Assembly: GCA_963836745.1 (NCBI GenBank)
Contig: CAWIKJ010000017.1
Location: 339,399 to 403,398, forward strand
Source of the DNA: an uncultured Actinomycetota bacterium
GTDB lineage: Bacteria > Actinomycetota > Actinomycetes > Propionibacteriales > Nocardioidaceae
Direction of reading: 5' to 3'
DNA length: 64,000 nt
The position numbers and the translations under genes are program-made. Every line of letters begins with the position of its first letter. Position 1 is the first letter of the stretch. The notes beneath the pieces are model-generated. The model saw only the letters and a program-made list of their open reading frames with translations, had not been told where the DNA came from and searched no databases. Below, one piece after another: positions 9,455 through 24,201 of the stretch.

Positions 9455-10038
9455 GCCTGCCGGGTCCGCGCCGACAGCGACTCCGCGAAGGAGAGCATCC
9501 GGCTGACGGCGTCCGGCCCCTCGGCGGCGGCCGAGACGCGGAGCGAGAAGTCGTCGGAGGAGAACGACCCGGTGTAGCCGTGGTCGGCGTCGCACTGCGG
9601 GTCCGAGCAGGCGGCGGGCTCGAGGTCGAGCCGCCCGGCGCCACCCCAGCCGATCGTCAGCACCGCCTCCGCGGCGCCGGCCGGCCCCGCGGTCGGGTTG
9701 GTCACCATCCGCGTCACCACCACCGACTTCACCGCCGACAGCGCGATCGCCTCGGTGGACGTCGAGGTGTAGGGCTCCGGGAGCAGGTCGTCGCCGGCGT
9801 GCTCGTCGGTGTGGGCGAGCACCAGCCGGCTCGGCGTGAGGACCACCACGGTGAGGTGGCGGCGTACCTCGTCACGGTCGAAGGTCGGCTCGTGGTGCAG
9901 GAAGAAGGAGACCACCTGCTCCCCCGCCACCGCCGAGGACACCCCGTCGCCGACGACCTCCGGGTAGTAGCCGGTGCGGTCGATGGCGTCGTGGAGCTCC
10001 GCGGTGCGATCGCGGTCCTCGGTCGTGCGGGTACGCAT
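9451..10038 (-). CDS. DUF5998 family protein
   Basis: TGYYPEVV, HEPTFD, DLEPAACSDPQCDADHGYTG. Confidence 0.8.
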   Translation of the reverse strand: MRTRTTEDRDRTAELHDAIDRTGYYPEVVGDGVSSAVAGEQVVSFFLHHEPTFDRDEVRRHLTVVVLTPSRLVLAHTDEHAGDDLLPEPYTSTSTEAIALSAVKSVVVTRMVTNPTAGPAGAAEAVLTIGWGGAGRLDLEPAACSDPQCDADHGYTGSFSSDDFSLRVSAAAEGPDAVSRMLSFAESLSARTRQA

Positions 10039-10069
10039 ACGGGCAGTCTGTCACGCGGCCGGGTCCGGC

Positions 10070-12774
10070 TCAGCCCGGTGAGGTGTCGCCCGCCTGGGAG
10101 GGCAGTCTCCGGGCGAACCAGTCGGTGCGCGACTGGGCGACGGGGTCGACCCGCACCGTGGCGCGCAGCACCGACGCCTGGTGGGCGCCGGCGAGGACCA
10201 GCGGCAGGTCGAGCGCACTCACCTGCGGGAGGTCGTGCTGGAGCTGCGCCACGCGCAGGATCAGCCGCTCCACCTGCGCCACGTCGACGACCTCGGACCC
10301 GCGGTAGCCGAACAGCATCGGCGACGACTTGATCTCCCGCACCATCGCCGCCGCGTCGTGCTCGCCGATCGGCGGGATCCGGTAGGAGCGGTCCTGGAGC
10401 AGCTCGTTGATCGGGCCGGCGATGCCGAAGGACACGACGGGACCGAACAGGGGGTCCTCCATGCTGCTGATCGCGACCGGGACCCCGGGCGGCGCGTTCT
10501 TCTGCACCACGAAGCCGGCGTGGTCGGTGCTGGTGATGAGCTCGGTCAGCGACTCCCAGGCGTCCCGCATCTCGGCGGAGGAGTCGATGTTGCGCCACAC
10601 GTGCGCGAGGTCGGGCCGCTCCCGCAGGTGGCCGGCGGTCGCCTTCAGCACGACGTCCCAGCCGAGCTCGCGGCCCGCCTTCTGCGCGGCGCGCAGGGTC
10701 TCCACCGGCCGTTCCTGCCAGCAGGTCGATGCCGTACGCCGCCAGCAGGGCCGTGACCTGGTCGGGATCGAGGTCGACCCCGTCGGGATGGCCGCGCAGC
10801 GCGTCGCTGATGATCTTCCGGGCGCCGGCCGTGTCGACGTCGGTGACGTCGAGCGCGGCACCGTCCGGAGTCCGGAGCCACACGGCGTAGCCGACGACCC
10901 GCGCCAGCGCGCGCACCGCGGCCTCGACGGCCGGGTAGGAGGGCACCGACCCGCGGCCCGCGGACTGGCCGGCCACGTCGGGGACCCGGAGCAGCTCGGG
11001 CACGCCCTCGGCACCCAGGAACGAGGAGACCAGCGGCTTGTCGGACTGCTCCCCCACCGCGGCCAGCACGTTGGCGACGTCCTCGCCGGAGACGTTCAGC
11101 GGAGGGATGTAGACCGCGACGACCGAGTCGACGTCCGGGTCGTCGATCGCCGCGTCGAGCGCGTCCTCGAAGTCCTCGGCGGTCGCCTCGGCGCCGAGCG
11201 CGACGGACTTGTTGACGACGAGGCCGACCGCCGGCGACGGCATCGGCGGCCAGCAGCCCCAGCGCGTCGGAGTTGCCGACGATGGCGACCCGACGGCCGC
11301 GAGGCAGCGGCTGGTGGGCGAGCAGCTGGGCGACGTCGAACATCTCGTCGAGGGTGTCGACCTGGATCACGCCCGCCTGCCGGAACATCGCGTCGACCGC
11401 CTGCTGGGGGGCCGCGATCTTGCGGACCGCGTGGCCCATCGGCACGCCCTGCGTCGTACGTCCCGAGCGGACGGCGATGATCGGCTTGCGCAGCGAGACC
11501 CGGCGCGCGACCCGGGAGAACTTGCGCGGGTTGCCGATGGACTCGAGGTAGAGCAGCACGACCTCGGTCGCGTCGTCCTCCTCCCAGTACTGGAGGAGGT
11601 CGTTGCCCGACACGTCGGCGCGGTTGCCGGCGCTGACGAACGTGGAGAGGCCGAGACCCCGGTTGTTGACCTTCTCGAGGATCGCCGAGCCGAGGGCGCC
11701 GGACTGGCAGAAGAACCCCGCCCGGCCGCGGGGCGGCATCAGCGACGACAGCGACGCGTTGAGCGAGGTGGCGGGGTCGGTGTTGATGACGCCGAGGCAG
11801 TTCGGGCCGATGAGGCGCAGCCCGTAGGAGCGCGCCAGCCCGACCAGCCGGCGCTGGCGCTGCCGGCCCTCCTCGCCGGTCTCGGCGAAACCGGACGAGA
11901 TCACGACCAGGCCGTGGACGCCCTTGCCCGCACAGTCGAGCACGACGTCCTGCACGGCGTCGGCCGGGACCGCCACGATCGCGACGTCGACGTCGTCGGG
12001 GATGTCGTTGACCGACGCGTACGCCGGGAGGCCGCTCACCGCCTCCGACGACGGGTTCACGGCGTAGACCCGGCCGGTGTAGTTGCCGGTGACGAGGTTG
12101 CGGACCAGCGCCTGCCCGATGGTGTCCTGGCGGCGGCTCGCGCCGACCACGGCGACCGAGCGGGGGTGGAAGAACCGGTCGATCGAGGCCGCCTCCGCCC
12201 GGTGCTCGCGGGACACCATCACGCCGACCGAGGTGTCGGTCGGGTCGATGGAGAACTCGAGGACCATGACGCCGTCCTCGTAGCCGCTGACGACGCGGTA
12301 GCCGGCGTCGCGGAACGTGTGGATCATCTTCTGGTTGTCCGGCAGCACCTCGGCGGTGAACCGCTCCACGCCGCGCTCGCGCCCGGCCTGCGCGAGGTGC
12401 TCGAGCAGCAGCTGCGCGATGCCGCGGCCCTGGTGGCGGTCCTCCACGAGGAAGGCGACCTCGGCCTCGCCGGGCTTCACCACGTCGTAGCGCCCCACCG
12501 CGATCATCTGCCCGCCCAGCTCGACGACCATCGCCACCCGATCGCGGTGGTCGACGTGGGTGAACCGGTGCACGTCCTTGTCGGACAGCGTCGGCATCGG
12601 GGTGAAGAACCGGAAGTACTTCGACTCCTCCGAGACGCGCCCGTAGAACTCGACCATCAGCTCGGCGTCCTCGGGCCGGATCGGTCGCAGGTGGGCGGTC
12701 CGCCCGTCGCGCAGCAGCACGTCGGCCTCCCAGTGCCTGGGCGGCCCTTCCTGCGCGTCCTCGGCCTCGGCCAT
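10070..12774 (-). CDS. GNAT + NDP-forming acyl-CoA synthetase-like protein lysine acetyltransferase (actinobacterial PatA type); frameshifts ~11240 and ~10720
   Basis: N-terminal GNAT (EVAFLV...QGRGIA), CoA-binding GASR, IGPNCLG, SAGNRADV, C-terminal ATP-grasp DPLFGPVV. Confidence 0.88.
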
Positions 12775-12848
12775 GCCCCGAACCTATCGGTCCCAGGTGA
12801 CGGGCGTGTGAACCCCGCCAGCCCAATCCAGCCCACCTGCGCCGCGCC

Positions 12849-12979
12849 CCGGAGGTTGAGGTGCGAGCCGATCACCCGCCCGTCGTACGACGCCGGCAAA
12901 CCGTCGCTCTCCGCGTTGTGGACGACTCGAGCTGCTGCGGTGGTTTCGAGGCTCGCTCCGCTCGCACCTCAACCACCGG
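12849..12979. repeat. Inverted pair of REP-like repeats (REPIN-like)
   Basis: CCGGAGGTTGAGGTGCGAGC (12849) faces GGTGGTTTCGAGGCTCGCTCCGCTCGCACCTCAACCACCGG (12939-12979). Confidence 0.7.
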
Positions 12980-13059
12980 AACGACTCCTGACCAGCTCAC
13001 CTCCGCAGGTCCGGCGTGCCCGCCGGGATCTGGCGCGGGGCGCGGGAGAGAATGCGGTC

Positions 13060-15533
<2,474 letters not shown>

Positions 15534-15534
<1 letters not shown>

Positions 15535-16252
15535 TGCGCATGCGCGTGCGTCGTACGGTCGCCCTGCTGCTCGCCCTCGTGATCGGCGGAGTCCTGCTCA
15601 CGCTGGCCGGCTGCAGCGACGACGCCTCCTCGGTCAGCGACGGGAAGGACCCGGACGAGGTGATGGCGCTCGCGAAGCAGCACCTCGACGAGACCAGTGG
15701 CGTCTCGCTCACCCTCGAGGCCGACGCGCTGCCCGACGGCGTGTCCGCGATCTCGGCGGCGGAGGGCGTGGGCACCCATGCACCGGCGTTCGAGGGCACC
15801 CTCGACGTCGTGTTCGGCGGCAGCGAGTTCGAGGTGCCGGTGGTCGCGGTCGACGGCACCGTCCACGCCCAGGTCCCGCTGGTGCCGGGGTGGTCCGACG
15901 TCGACCCCGCCGACGTACGGCGCGCCCGACCCGGCCCGGACTGATGTCCCCCGAGACCGGCTTCTCCTCGCTGCTGACCGCGACCGACGGCGTCGAGGAG
16001 GGTGAGAGCGTCCGCGGCGGCGCGAACAACGAGGAGGTGCTGACGGAGTTCTCCGGGACCGTGCCGGGCGACGTCGTCAGCAACGTGATCCCGAGCGCGT
16101 CGGGCGACTTCGACGCGGTCTACACGATCAGCGCCGAGGGCGAGCTGCGGACCGCCGAGCTGACCGGGGTCTTCTACCCCGACACCGAGCCGATGACCTA
16201 CACGCTCGGCTTCGACGACTACGGCACCGAGCAGGACATCACCGCCCCGTGA
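15534..16252 (+). CDS. LppX/LprAFG family lipoprotein (frameshift ~15910-15940)
   Basis: Lipobox LAGC, YGAPDP motif, C-terminal DYGTEQDITAP. Confidence 0.75.
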
Positions 16253-18018
16253 GCGAGCCGGAGGCCCGCCCGGTCGACGGCCGGGCCCGGCTGCTGCTGG
16301 CGCTGGCCTCGGTGGCGGTCGCGTTCGCCGCCGCGGACACCTACGTCGTGGTGCTCGCGCTCCCCGAGATGATGGCGTCGGTCGGCGTACCCATCGACCA
16401 GCTGCAGCGCGCAGCGCCGATCATCTCCGGGTTCCTGCTCGGGTACGTCGCGATGCTGCCGCTGATCGGCCGGATCGCCGACCTCCGCGGCCGGGTGCCG
16501 GTGCTGGTCGCCGCGCTCGTGCTGTTCGCGATCGGCTCGCTGGTCACCACGCTGGCCTACGACATGCCCTCGATGGTGACCGGTCGGTTCCTGCAGGGCG
16601 TCGGCGGCGGCGGGCTGGTCCCGGCCACGCTCGCGCTGGTCGCCGACCTCTACCCCGTCGAGCGGCGCGGCGTCCCGCTCGGCGTCGTCTCGGCCGTCCA
16701 GGAGCTCGGCAGCGTGGTCGGGCCGCTGTTCGGCGCGCTGGTGCTGGTGGTCGCCGACTGGCGGGCGATCTTCGCGATCAACCTCGCCGTCGGGCTGGTG
16801 CTGGCCGCCGCGATCCGCGCGGCGGCCCGTCCGGTGGTTGAGGCGCGAGCGGCTCGAGCCTCGAAACCCCCGGACCCCCTCGGCATCGCCCTGCTGCTGG
16901 TCACCCTGGCCGTCGGGCGCGCTCGTCTTCGTCCGCCCGGCCTCCGCTGCTGCGCGACCTGACCTGGGGCCAGCTGTTCATCCCGGTCGTCGGGGACGGC
17001 CGCTGGCTCACCCCGGTCGGGCTGGTCGCGATCGCGGCCTTCGTCCTCTTCCTCGTCCGCTGCGCGACGGCCGCGCGGCCGCTGGTCGACCTCCGTGGCT
17101 GGGGGGCCAGCCATGCGCGAGGCCGACCTCACCGGCGCGCTGCTGCTCGCGGTCTCCCTGGCCGGGGTGATCCTCGCCTTCGCGACGGCGGACCCGCGGA
17201 TCCAGGTGTTCTCCGACCAGGGGCTCTGGTACCTGCTCGGTGCCGCCGTCGCCGCCGCCGCGTTCGCCGTCCACCTGGCCCGCGCCGAGGCACCGCTCGT
17301 GCCCCGCGGGGCGTTGGGCCGTACGCCGGCGTGGGGGTCGATGCTGGTCAGCTTCTTCGTCGGCGCGGCCCTGATCGCGGCCCTCATCGACATCCCGATC
17401 TTCGCCCGCACCACGACCTACCCCGACAGCCAGCTGCTCGCCGCGCTGGTGCTGGTCCGGTTCCTGGTCGCGCTGCCGGTCGGCGCGGTCGTCGGCGGCT
17501 ACCTCACCCGCAGCCTGCCCGCGGGGGTCGTCACCGCGGCCGGCATGGCCTGCGCGGCGGCCGGCTTCGTCTGGATGAGCGAGTGGGGGCTCACGTCGCT
17601 GGAGAGCTGGACGGCCACGGTGCCGCTGGTGCTCGGCGGCTTCGGCTTCGGGCTCGCCCTGGCGCCGGTCAACGCCGCCGTGCTCGCCACCACCGACGCC
17701 GCCGTGCACGGCCTCGCCTCCGCCTTCGTCGTGGTCGCCCGGATGGTCGGCATGCTGGTCGGCATCTCGGCGCTGACCACCATCGGGCTGCGCCGCTACT
17801 ACGCCGAGCAGGCCGACCTGCCCGGCGTCCGCGAGGTCTGCGACGGCGCCAGCCGCTGCCCGGAGTTCACGCTGCTGCTGCGCGAGGCCGGCATCGCCCA
17901 GGAGCACGTCGTGTTCCTGGGCGCGGCCTGGTGCGCGGTCGCGGCCGGCGTCCTCGCCCTCGTCCTGTTCCGGGGAGCGCCCACCCGCTCGATCCGCCAG
18001 TCGCCGTACTCCGGGTAG
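16249..18018 (+). CDS. MFS transporter, DHA2/P55-like (frameshifts ~16920 and ~17105)
   Basis: DTYVVVLALP, GRIADLRGR, GRFLQGVGGG, ARMVGMLVG. Confidence 0.88.
16831..16868 (+). repeat. REP-like repeat inside the MFS coding sequence
   Basis: CCGGTGGTTGAGGCGCGAGCGGCTCGAGCCTCGAAACC matches the reverse complement of 12942-12979 with 3 mismatches. Confidence 0.75.
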
Positions 18019-18037
18019 TCCGGCAGCGGATCCGTGG

Positions 18038-18898
18038 TCACGACATCCCCATGCCCTCCGCGAGCCAGTCGAGCTCTCCGGGCAGGACGCGGGTCCAGTA
18101 CGCCGCGTCGTGGTCGCCAGGGGCGTAGTGCTGCTCGGCGTCGTCGGGCACCACGGTGAGCACGTCGCGGTAGAACGGGTCGGCGGTGCCGCAGTCGACG
18201 CGCACCCGGCCGCTGCCCAGTTCCTCGCGCACGAGCGCCATGACCGCGTCGTACTGCTCCTCGTTGTCGAAGGCGTCGGGGATGACCTGGCCGTAGTCCG
18301 GCCAGAGCGCCGGGCTCACCGCGGACACGGGGAGGCTCTGGCCGGCGTCCGCCAGCCGGGCACCGACCATCAGCGCTCCGAGGCCACCCATCGACCACCC
18401 GATGAGGCCCCCGAGGCGCAGCCCGCGCTCGCCCAGGAGGGGCACGAACTCGTCCTGGACCATCCGGCTCGGGTCGTCGCCGCTGGTCCGCTCGTGCCAG
18501 AACGACCGCTGCCCGCCGTCCACCGCCGCGATCGCGAACCGGTGCCCGGAGGCGGCGAGGAACTCGTCGACTCCCAGGGTGTCGAACCACACCTCGGCCG
18601 TGTGGTCGGCCCCGTGGAGGGCGACCACGACCGGCATCGGGTCGCCCGGGCGGGCGCCGGGCGGATAGGTGAGCACGAAGTGGGGAGCGGTCGCGACGTA
18701 CGCCGAGGGCAGCGTCCCCTCGACCCGCTCCCCCGGCGCGACGCCCGGGATCACCCCCGCCTCGCCGGTCAGCCCGAGCACCCGGTGGACGCGGCTGCGC
18801 CCCGGCAGCACGTCGTGCTCCACGAGCGCGCCGACCGTCCCGGCCGCGGCGACTCCCGCGCCGCCGGAGAGCAGGACGGCGCGGCGGGACAGGTGCAC
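18038..18898 (-). CDS. Tat-type alpha/beta hydrolase (esterase)
   Basis: SRRAVL twin-arginine, VALHG, GWSMG nucleophile, DCGTADPF, GDHDAAYW. Confidence 0.85.
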   Translation of the reverse strand: MHLSRRAVLLSGGAGVAAAGTVGALVEHDVLPGRSRVHRVLGLTGEAGVIPGVAPGERVEGTLPSAYVATAPHFVLTYPPGARPGDPMPVVVALHGADHTAEVWFDTLGVDEFLAASGHRFAIAAVDGGQRSFWHERTSGDDPSRMVQDEFVPLLGERGLRLGGLIGWSMGGLGALMVGARLADAGQSLPVSAVSPALWPDYGQVIPDAFDNEEQYDAVMALVREELGSGRVRVDCGTADPFYRDVLTVVPDDAEQHYAPGDHDAAYWTRVLPGELDWLAEGMGMS

Positions 18899-18932
18899 CC
18901 GGACACCCTAGATGGCGCTAGCGTTCGTCGAT

Positions 18933-19427
18933 GTGAGTGACTTCGACGACCTGATCGCCGCCAACCGCTCGTTCGCCGAGACCTTCGAGCTCGGGGGATT
19001 CGACGGCGTCGCCCACGCGGGCGTCGCGATCGTGACCTGCATGGACTCCAGGATCGATCCGCTGCGCATGTGGGGCCTGTCGGCGGGCGACGCGAAGATC
19101 TTCCGCAACCCCGGTGGCCGGGTCACACGAGTCCGCGCTGGAGGCGCTGGTGCTCGGCGTCCACCTGCTCGGCGTACGCCGGATCCTGGTCGTCCCCCAC
19201 ACCCGCTGCGCGATGGCTGCCAGCTCCGTGGCCGAGCTGCGCGAGCGGGTCGGCGCCTCTGCGGGCGTGGACGCCTCCTGGCAGCACTTCGGGGTCGTCG
19301 AGGACCAGCGGGCCGCGCTCACCGAGGACGTCGCGAAGGTGCGCAGCCACCCCTGATCCCGGACGAGGTCCTGGTCGGCGGGTTCCTCTACGACGTCGAC
19401 ACCGGACTGGTCGAGCGCCAGGCCTGA
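18933..19427 (+). CDS. Beta-class carbonic anhydrase (two compensating frameshifts)
   Basis: TCMDSR, RNPGG, HTRCAM, GFLYDVDTG. Confidence 0.88.
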   Translation: MSDFDDLIAANRSFAETFELGGFDGVAHAGVAIVTCMDSRIDPLRMWGLSAGDAKIFRNPGGRVTRVRAGGAGARRPPARRTPDPGRPPHPLRDGCQLRGRAARAGRRLCGRGRLLAALRGRRGPAGRAHRGRREGAQPPLIPDEVLVGGFLYDVDTGLVERQA

Positions 19428-19446
19428 CCCGCCCTACGGTTGCGCC

Positions 19447-20365
19447 ATGGCGCTCCCGCTCTCGCTCTCCCCCGACGTCGCCGCCGCCTTCGCCGCCGGT
19501 GACCCGGTCGTCGCCCTGGAGTCGACGATCATCAGCCACGGCCTCCCCCGCCCCCGCAACCTCGAGGCCGCGCGCGACTTCGAGGCGATCCTGCGCGAGC
19601 GCGGGGTGACGCCGGCGACGATCGCGGTGCTGGACGGTGTGCTCAAGGTCGGGCTCACCGACGACGAGCTGCGACGCATCGCCGAGGAGGACATCGTCAA
19701 GGTCTCGGTGCGTGACCTGCCGATCGTCGTCGCCCGCGGCGGGTCGGGCGCCACCACCGTCGCCGCCACGTCCTTCATCGCGGCGCTCGGCGGCGTCCGC
19801 GTGTTCGCCACCGGCGGGCTCGGTGGGGTCCACCGCGGCGCCAGCGAGACGCTACGACGAGTCCGCGGACCTGACCGTCCTCGCCGAGGTGCCGGTCACG
19901 GTGGTCTCGGCCGGCGTGAAGTCGATCCTCGACATCGCGGCCACCCTGGAGCGGCTGGAGACGCTGAGCGTGACCGTGGTCGGCTACGGCACCGACGAGT
20001 TCCCCAGCTTCTGGCTCACCTCCTCGGGCGAGCCCCTCGACTGGTCGGTGCCCGACGGTGCCGCGGTCGCCGACGTCATGGCCGCCAACGACGCCCTCGG
20101 CCGCCGGACCGGCATCCTGGTCGCCAACCCGCTGCCGCCCGAGCGGCAGCTCGACCCGGCCGTCCACGACGCCGCCCTCGCCCAGGCGCTCGGCGAGGCC
20201 GAGGGCATGACCGGCAAGGACGTGACGCCGTTCCTGCTGCAGCGGATCGTCGAGATCACCGGCGGCGCCAGCCTGGAGGTCAACCTCGAGATCGCGGCCA
20301 ACAACATCCGCGTCGCCGCCGACATCGCCCGGGCCTGGGCAGCACGCCCCGACGGTGGCCAGTGA
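19447..20365 (+). CDS. psuG: Pseudouridine-5'-phosphate glycosidase (frameshift ~19850)
   Basis: VALESTIISHGLP, GATTVA, FATGGLGGVHRG, DESADL, GKDVTPFLL. Confidence 0.92.
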
Positions 20366-21249
20366 CCCGGATCCTGGTCGTCGGCGACGTCGTCGACGAC
20401 ATCGTGGTGCGGCCGCTCACCGGTGTCACCGAGGCGAGCGACACCGATGCCGAGATCCGCCGCACCGACGGCGGCTCGGCGGCCAACGTCGCCGCCTGGC
20501 TGGGCCACCTCGGCGCGGACGTCCGGTTCGTCGGTCGGGCCGGGACCGACGGCGCCGAGCGTCATCGGGCGGCGCTGGCGGCGTACGGCGTCGACGCGCG
20601 GGTGTCCGCCGACCCCGACCTGCCGACCGCGACGCTGGTCGCGACGCTCGCCCCCTCCGGCGAGCGCACCATGTACGTCGACCGCGCCGCCAACGCCGGG
20701 CTCGGCCAGGCCGACCTCGGCGCCGATGTGCTCGACGGCGTCGGCTGGCTCCACCTGACCGGCTACTCGCTCTTCGACGACGCCGTGCGGCCCGCGGTGC
20801 TCGACCTGGCGGAGCGGGCACGGTCGGCGGGGGCGGGCGTGTCCCTCGACCCGAGCTCGGTGGGATTCCTGGTCGGCTGCGGCTCCGACGCGTTCCTCGG
20901 CTGGGGGGCCGGCGCCGACCTGCTCTTCCCGAACATCGACGAGGGCCGCTTCCTCACCGGAGCACGACGAGCCGCAGCGACGTGGCCGTCGCCCTGGCCG
21001 GCGGTTCCCGGGCGTCGTGCTGACGCTGGGCGCCGACGGTGCGACCTACGCCGACTCGGCCGGCACCACCCGGTCCGTCGCCGCCGCAGCCGGCCGACGG
21101 TCGTCGACACGACCGGTGCGGGCGACGCGTTCTGTGCGGGCTTCCTCGCCGCCTGGGTGCGGTCCCCGCCCGCCGAGGACGCACTGGCGCCGGGCGCCGA
21201 CGCTGCCGCGCGGGCGGTCAGCCGCCTCGGCGGGCGGCCCAGGGCCTGA
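20362..21249 (+). CDS. PfkB family kinase, probably pseudouridine kinase
   Basis: GGSAANVA and VVDTTGAGDAF; GTGA overlap with psuG. Confidence 0.8.
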   Translation: MTRILVVGDVVDDIVVRPLTGVTEASDTDAEIRRTDGGSAANVAAWLGHLGADVRFVGRAGTDGAERHRAALAAYGVDARVSADPDLPTATLVATLAPSGERTMYVDRAANAGLGQADLGADVLDGVGWLHLTGYSLFDDAVRPAVLDLAERARSAGAGVSLDPSSVGFLVGCGSDAFLGWGAGADLLFPNIDEGRFLTGARRAAATWPSPWPAVPGRRADAGRRRCDLRRLGRHHPVRRRRSRPTVVDTTGAGDAFCAGFLAAWVRSPPAEDALAPGADAAARAVSRLGGRPRA

Positions 21250-21270
21250 GGGGCGTGGTGGGATGACGCC

Positions 21271-21359
21271 ATGAACGTCAACCTCGAGGTCCTCTCGTGT
21301 TCCTCATCGGCATCCCGCTCGCGGTCTGGCTCGGCGTGCGGATGCTCCGCGACCGCTAG
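21271..21359 (+). CDS. Putative ~29-aa single-TM peptide (needs one indel)
   Basis: MNVNLEVL(L)VFLIGIPLAVWLGVRMLRDR*. Confidence 0.35.
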
Positions 21360-21404
21360 GTCGAGCGGTTGCGCTCGTGGGCGATGTCGGGTTGCCGCTC
21401 ACGC

Positions 21405-21503
21405 TCACGCATCGAGCGCCTCCACGTCCACCTCGTAGGCGCCTTGCACGATGAACTCCTTGCGGGGCGCGACCTCGGAGCCCATCAGCATCTCGAACAC
21501 CCG
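21405..21503 (-). repeat. Displaced copy of the last 33 codons (including stop) of parE; direct repeat of 25261..25359
   Basis: 99-bp match with 4 mismatches, all synonymous. Confidence 0.92.
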
Positions 21504-21553
21504 CGCCGGCTCGGCGCCCGCCCCTGACCCCTCGCAGGTGGTCCACGCGACCC

Positions 21554-24201
21554 ATGGACCAGACCGATCCGCAGGCGCACACTACGGGTGTGCCCCTTGT
21601 CGAACGGGAACCTCAGCTCGACGCACTCCGCGAGTACGCCGCCGATGCCCACCGCGGGGACGGCCGGCTGGTGTTGGTCTCGGGAGAGGCCGGGGTCGGG
21701 AAGTCGGTGCTGCTCGAGGAGCTCGAGCGGCCTCGACGCCCGACGCCCGCTGGTCCTGGGGCGCTTGCGACGGCCTGTTCACGCCCCGCCCTCTCGGCCC
21801 CCTGCTCGACATCGCCGGGTCGCTCGGCGGCGAGCTGGCGGAGACGTTGGCCGGCGGACGGCCACGCGAAGCCGATCTTCCAGGCGCTGCTGACCGCGGT
21901 GGCGGACTGCACGCCGTACGCCGTGCTCGTCGTCGAGGACGCGCACTGGGCGGACGAGGCCACGCTCGACCTCCTGCGCTTCGTCGGTCGCCGGATCCGA
22001 CGTACGTCGGTCCTGATCGCGGTCACCTATCGCGACGACGAGGTGCCGCCCCGGCATCCGTTGCGCCGCTGCCTGGCCCACCTCTCCACCGAGCGCAGCA
22101 CGAGGCGGGTCGACGTCCCGCGGCTGACCCCGTCGGGTGTCCGCAGGCTGGCACGTGGGTCAGGCCTGGCGCCCGAGGTCCTGCACCACCTCACCGGTGG
22201 CAACCCCTACTTTCTGACCGAGCTCCTCCGCAGTGCCAGCCCAGGCAACCTCCCCACGTCGGCGCGCGACGCCGTGCTAGGACGCGCCGAGACACTCTCG
22301 AGGCCAGCTCGGCGGGTGCTGGAGACCGGCGCGCTGCTCGGCACGCAGCTCGACCTCGCGCTCCTGGACACCTTGGTGTCCCCCTCCGCGGAGAGCCTCG
22401 ACGAGCTCGTCAACTCGGGTCTTGTCGTGGCCGACGGAGCCGACCTCCGCTTCCGGCACGAGATCACCAGGCTGGCCGTCCAGGAGACGGTGCCGCCACA
22501 CCGTAGCGCACCGGTGCACGCACGGATCCTCGCTCTGCTCGAGGAACGGGGCGCGGACGCATCGCGGCTGGCGCACCACGCCGAGGGTGCAGCGGACGCG
22601 GCGGCGGTCGTGGTGCACGCCACCAGGGCGGGCGCCCGAGCAGCCGCGCTGGCCTCACACAGCGAGGCCGCGTTGCAGTACGAGCGTGCGCTCAGGTGGG
22701 CCGGAGCCGGCGACCCGCGGACGAGAGCGATCCTGAGCGACAACCTGGCCGACGGAGTACGGCGTGCTCGACCGGTGGGAGGAGGCGCTCGAGGCCCGCG
22801 AGGCGGCGCTCGACCTGTGGCGCGAGGTCGGCGCCCCGCTGCGCGAGGGAGACTCGCTCCGGAGCCTGTCCAACGCCCACTACCGGCTGTGTCGGGGCGC
22901 CGAGTCGGAGCGGGCCGCCGCCGCGAGTCTCGCCCTCCTCCGCCCGCTCGGCCCGACCAGGGAGCTCGCCCAGGCACTCCAGGTCGGTCGCAGGGCAGCA
23001 CATGCTCAACGGGCGGGACGACGACGCCATTGCCGTCGCGGCCGAGGCGATCGCGCTCGGTGAGGAGCTGCGGCTCGACGAGGTCGTGAGCCAGGCCCTG
23101 ACCACCCGGGCGTCCGCGCTCATGAACGCCGGGCTCCCGTGGCGCTCCGAGATGGAACGGGCGCTGGAGGTGGCCCTACCGGCTGGCGCGCACGAAGCCG
23201 CCGCGCGGGCATTCACGAACCTGCAGGCCGGGACCCTGACCGAGTACGACCTCGTGCGGTCCGAGCGGTGGTACCGCGACGGCATGGAGTTCTGCGAGGG
23301 GCATGACCTCAACACCTACTCCAACTGTCTGGCCGGAGCGCACACCGCGCTCCTGGAGGCGGCCGGACGTTGGGACGAGTGCGTCGACCTGTCCGAAGCC
23401 CGGCTGGCCAGGGTCGACTTGTCCCCGGTCAACCGGCTCTGCACCACGTTCACCCTTGCGCTGGTCCGGGCCCGGCGCGCCGACCCGGAGCGTGCGTGGC
23501 CGCTGCTGGAGCAGGTCCTCGACCTGGCCACGACGCTGGCCGAGCCCCAGTACCTCGCTCCGATCCACGCCGCTCGCGCCGAGGCGTTCTGGCTGGCGGG
23601 CGACCTGGCGTCGGCACGGGTCGAGGCCGACGCCGCCGTCGGACACGGTGACCGCATCGACCCGTGGATGCGGGGACTCGTCTCGCTGTGGGCCGTGCGC
23701 ACCGGTGCCGCCCCCTGCCCGGGTCAGATCGGTGAGCCGTTCGCGACCCAGCTGGACGGTGACGTGAGGGCGGCGGTCGCCGCGTGGGACGAGCGCGGCT
23801 GTCCCTACGAGGCCGGCATGGCGCTGGCGGACTCCGACGAGGAGGTGCACTGGCTCGACGCCCTCGATCGACTCGACGCGCTGGGCGCGACGGCCACGGC
23901 AGGCGTTGTACGCCGGCGGCTGCGGGACGCCGGCGTCCGGGTGCCGAACGGCGCGCGCGCCACCACCCGCGCCCACCCCGCGGGCCTCACGCGACGCGAG
24001 CACGAGGTCTTGGTCGAGCTCGCCGCCGGGCTCACCAACGACGCGATCGCGGCCCGGCTGTTCATCTCCGCCAAGACCGTCGACCACCATGTCTCGGCGG
24101 TCCTCGCCAAGCTCGGTGTGAGCAACCGCAAGGATGCCGCGGTCGAGGCCGAGCGCCTGGGCCTGCTGGCACAACCTGGGGAACCGGTCGCCGCAACCTA
24201 G
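21554..24201 (+). CDS. Large ATP-binding LuxR-family regulator (AAA + TPR-like + HTH); several frameshifts
   Basis: GEAGVGKS Walker A, VEDAHWAD Walker B, TGGNPYF, C-terminal LTRREHEVL...TVDHHVSAVLAKLGV. Confidence 0.9.

Noticed and set aside
11209-13059. 1441-aa ORF suggesting a 617-aa N-terminal extension of ParC
   Set aside because: Antisense shadow of the acetyltransferase gene in stop-poor GC-rich DNA; real homology starts at ATG 13060
19447-21249. 600-aa PsuG-PfkB fusion
   Set aside because: Created by the indel at ~19850; psuG has its own stop at 20365 overlapping the kinase GTG
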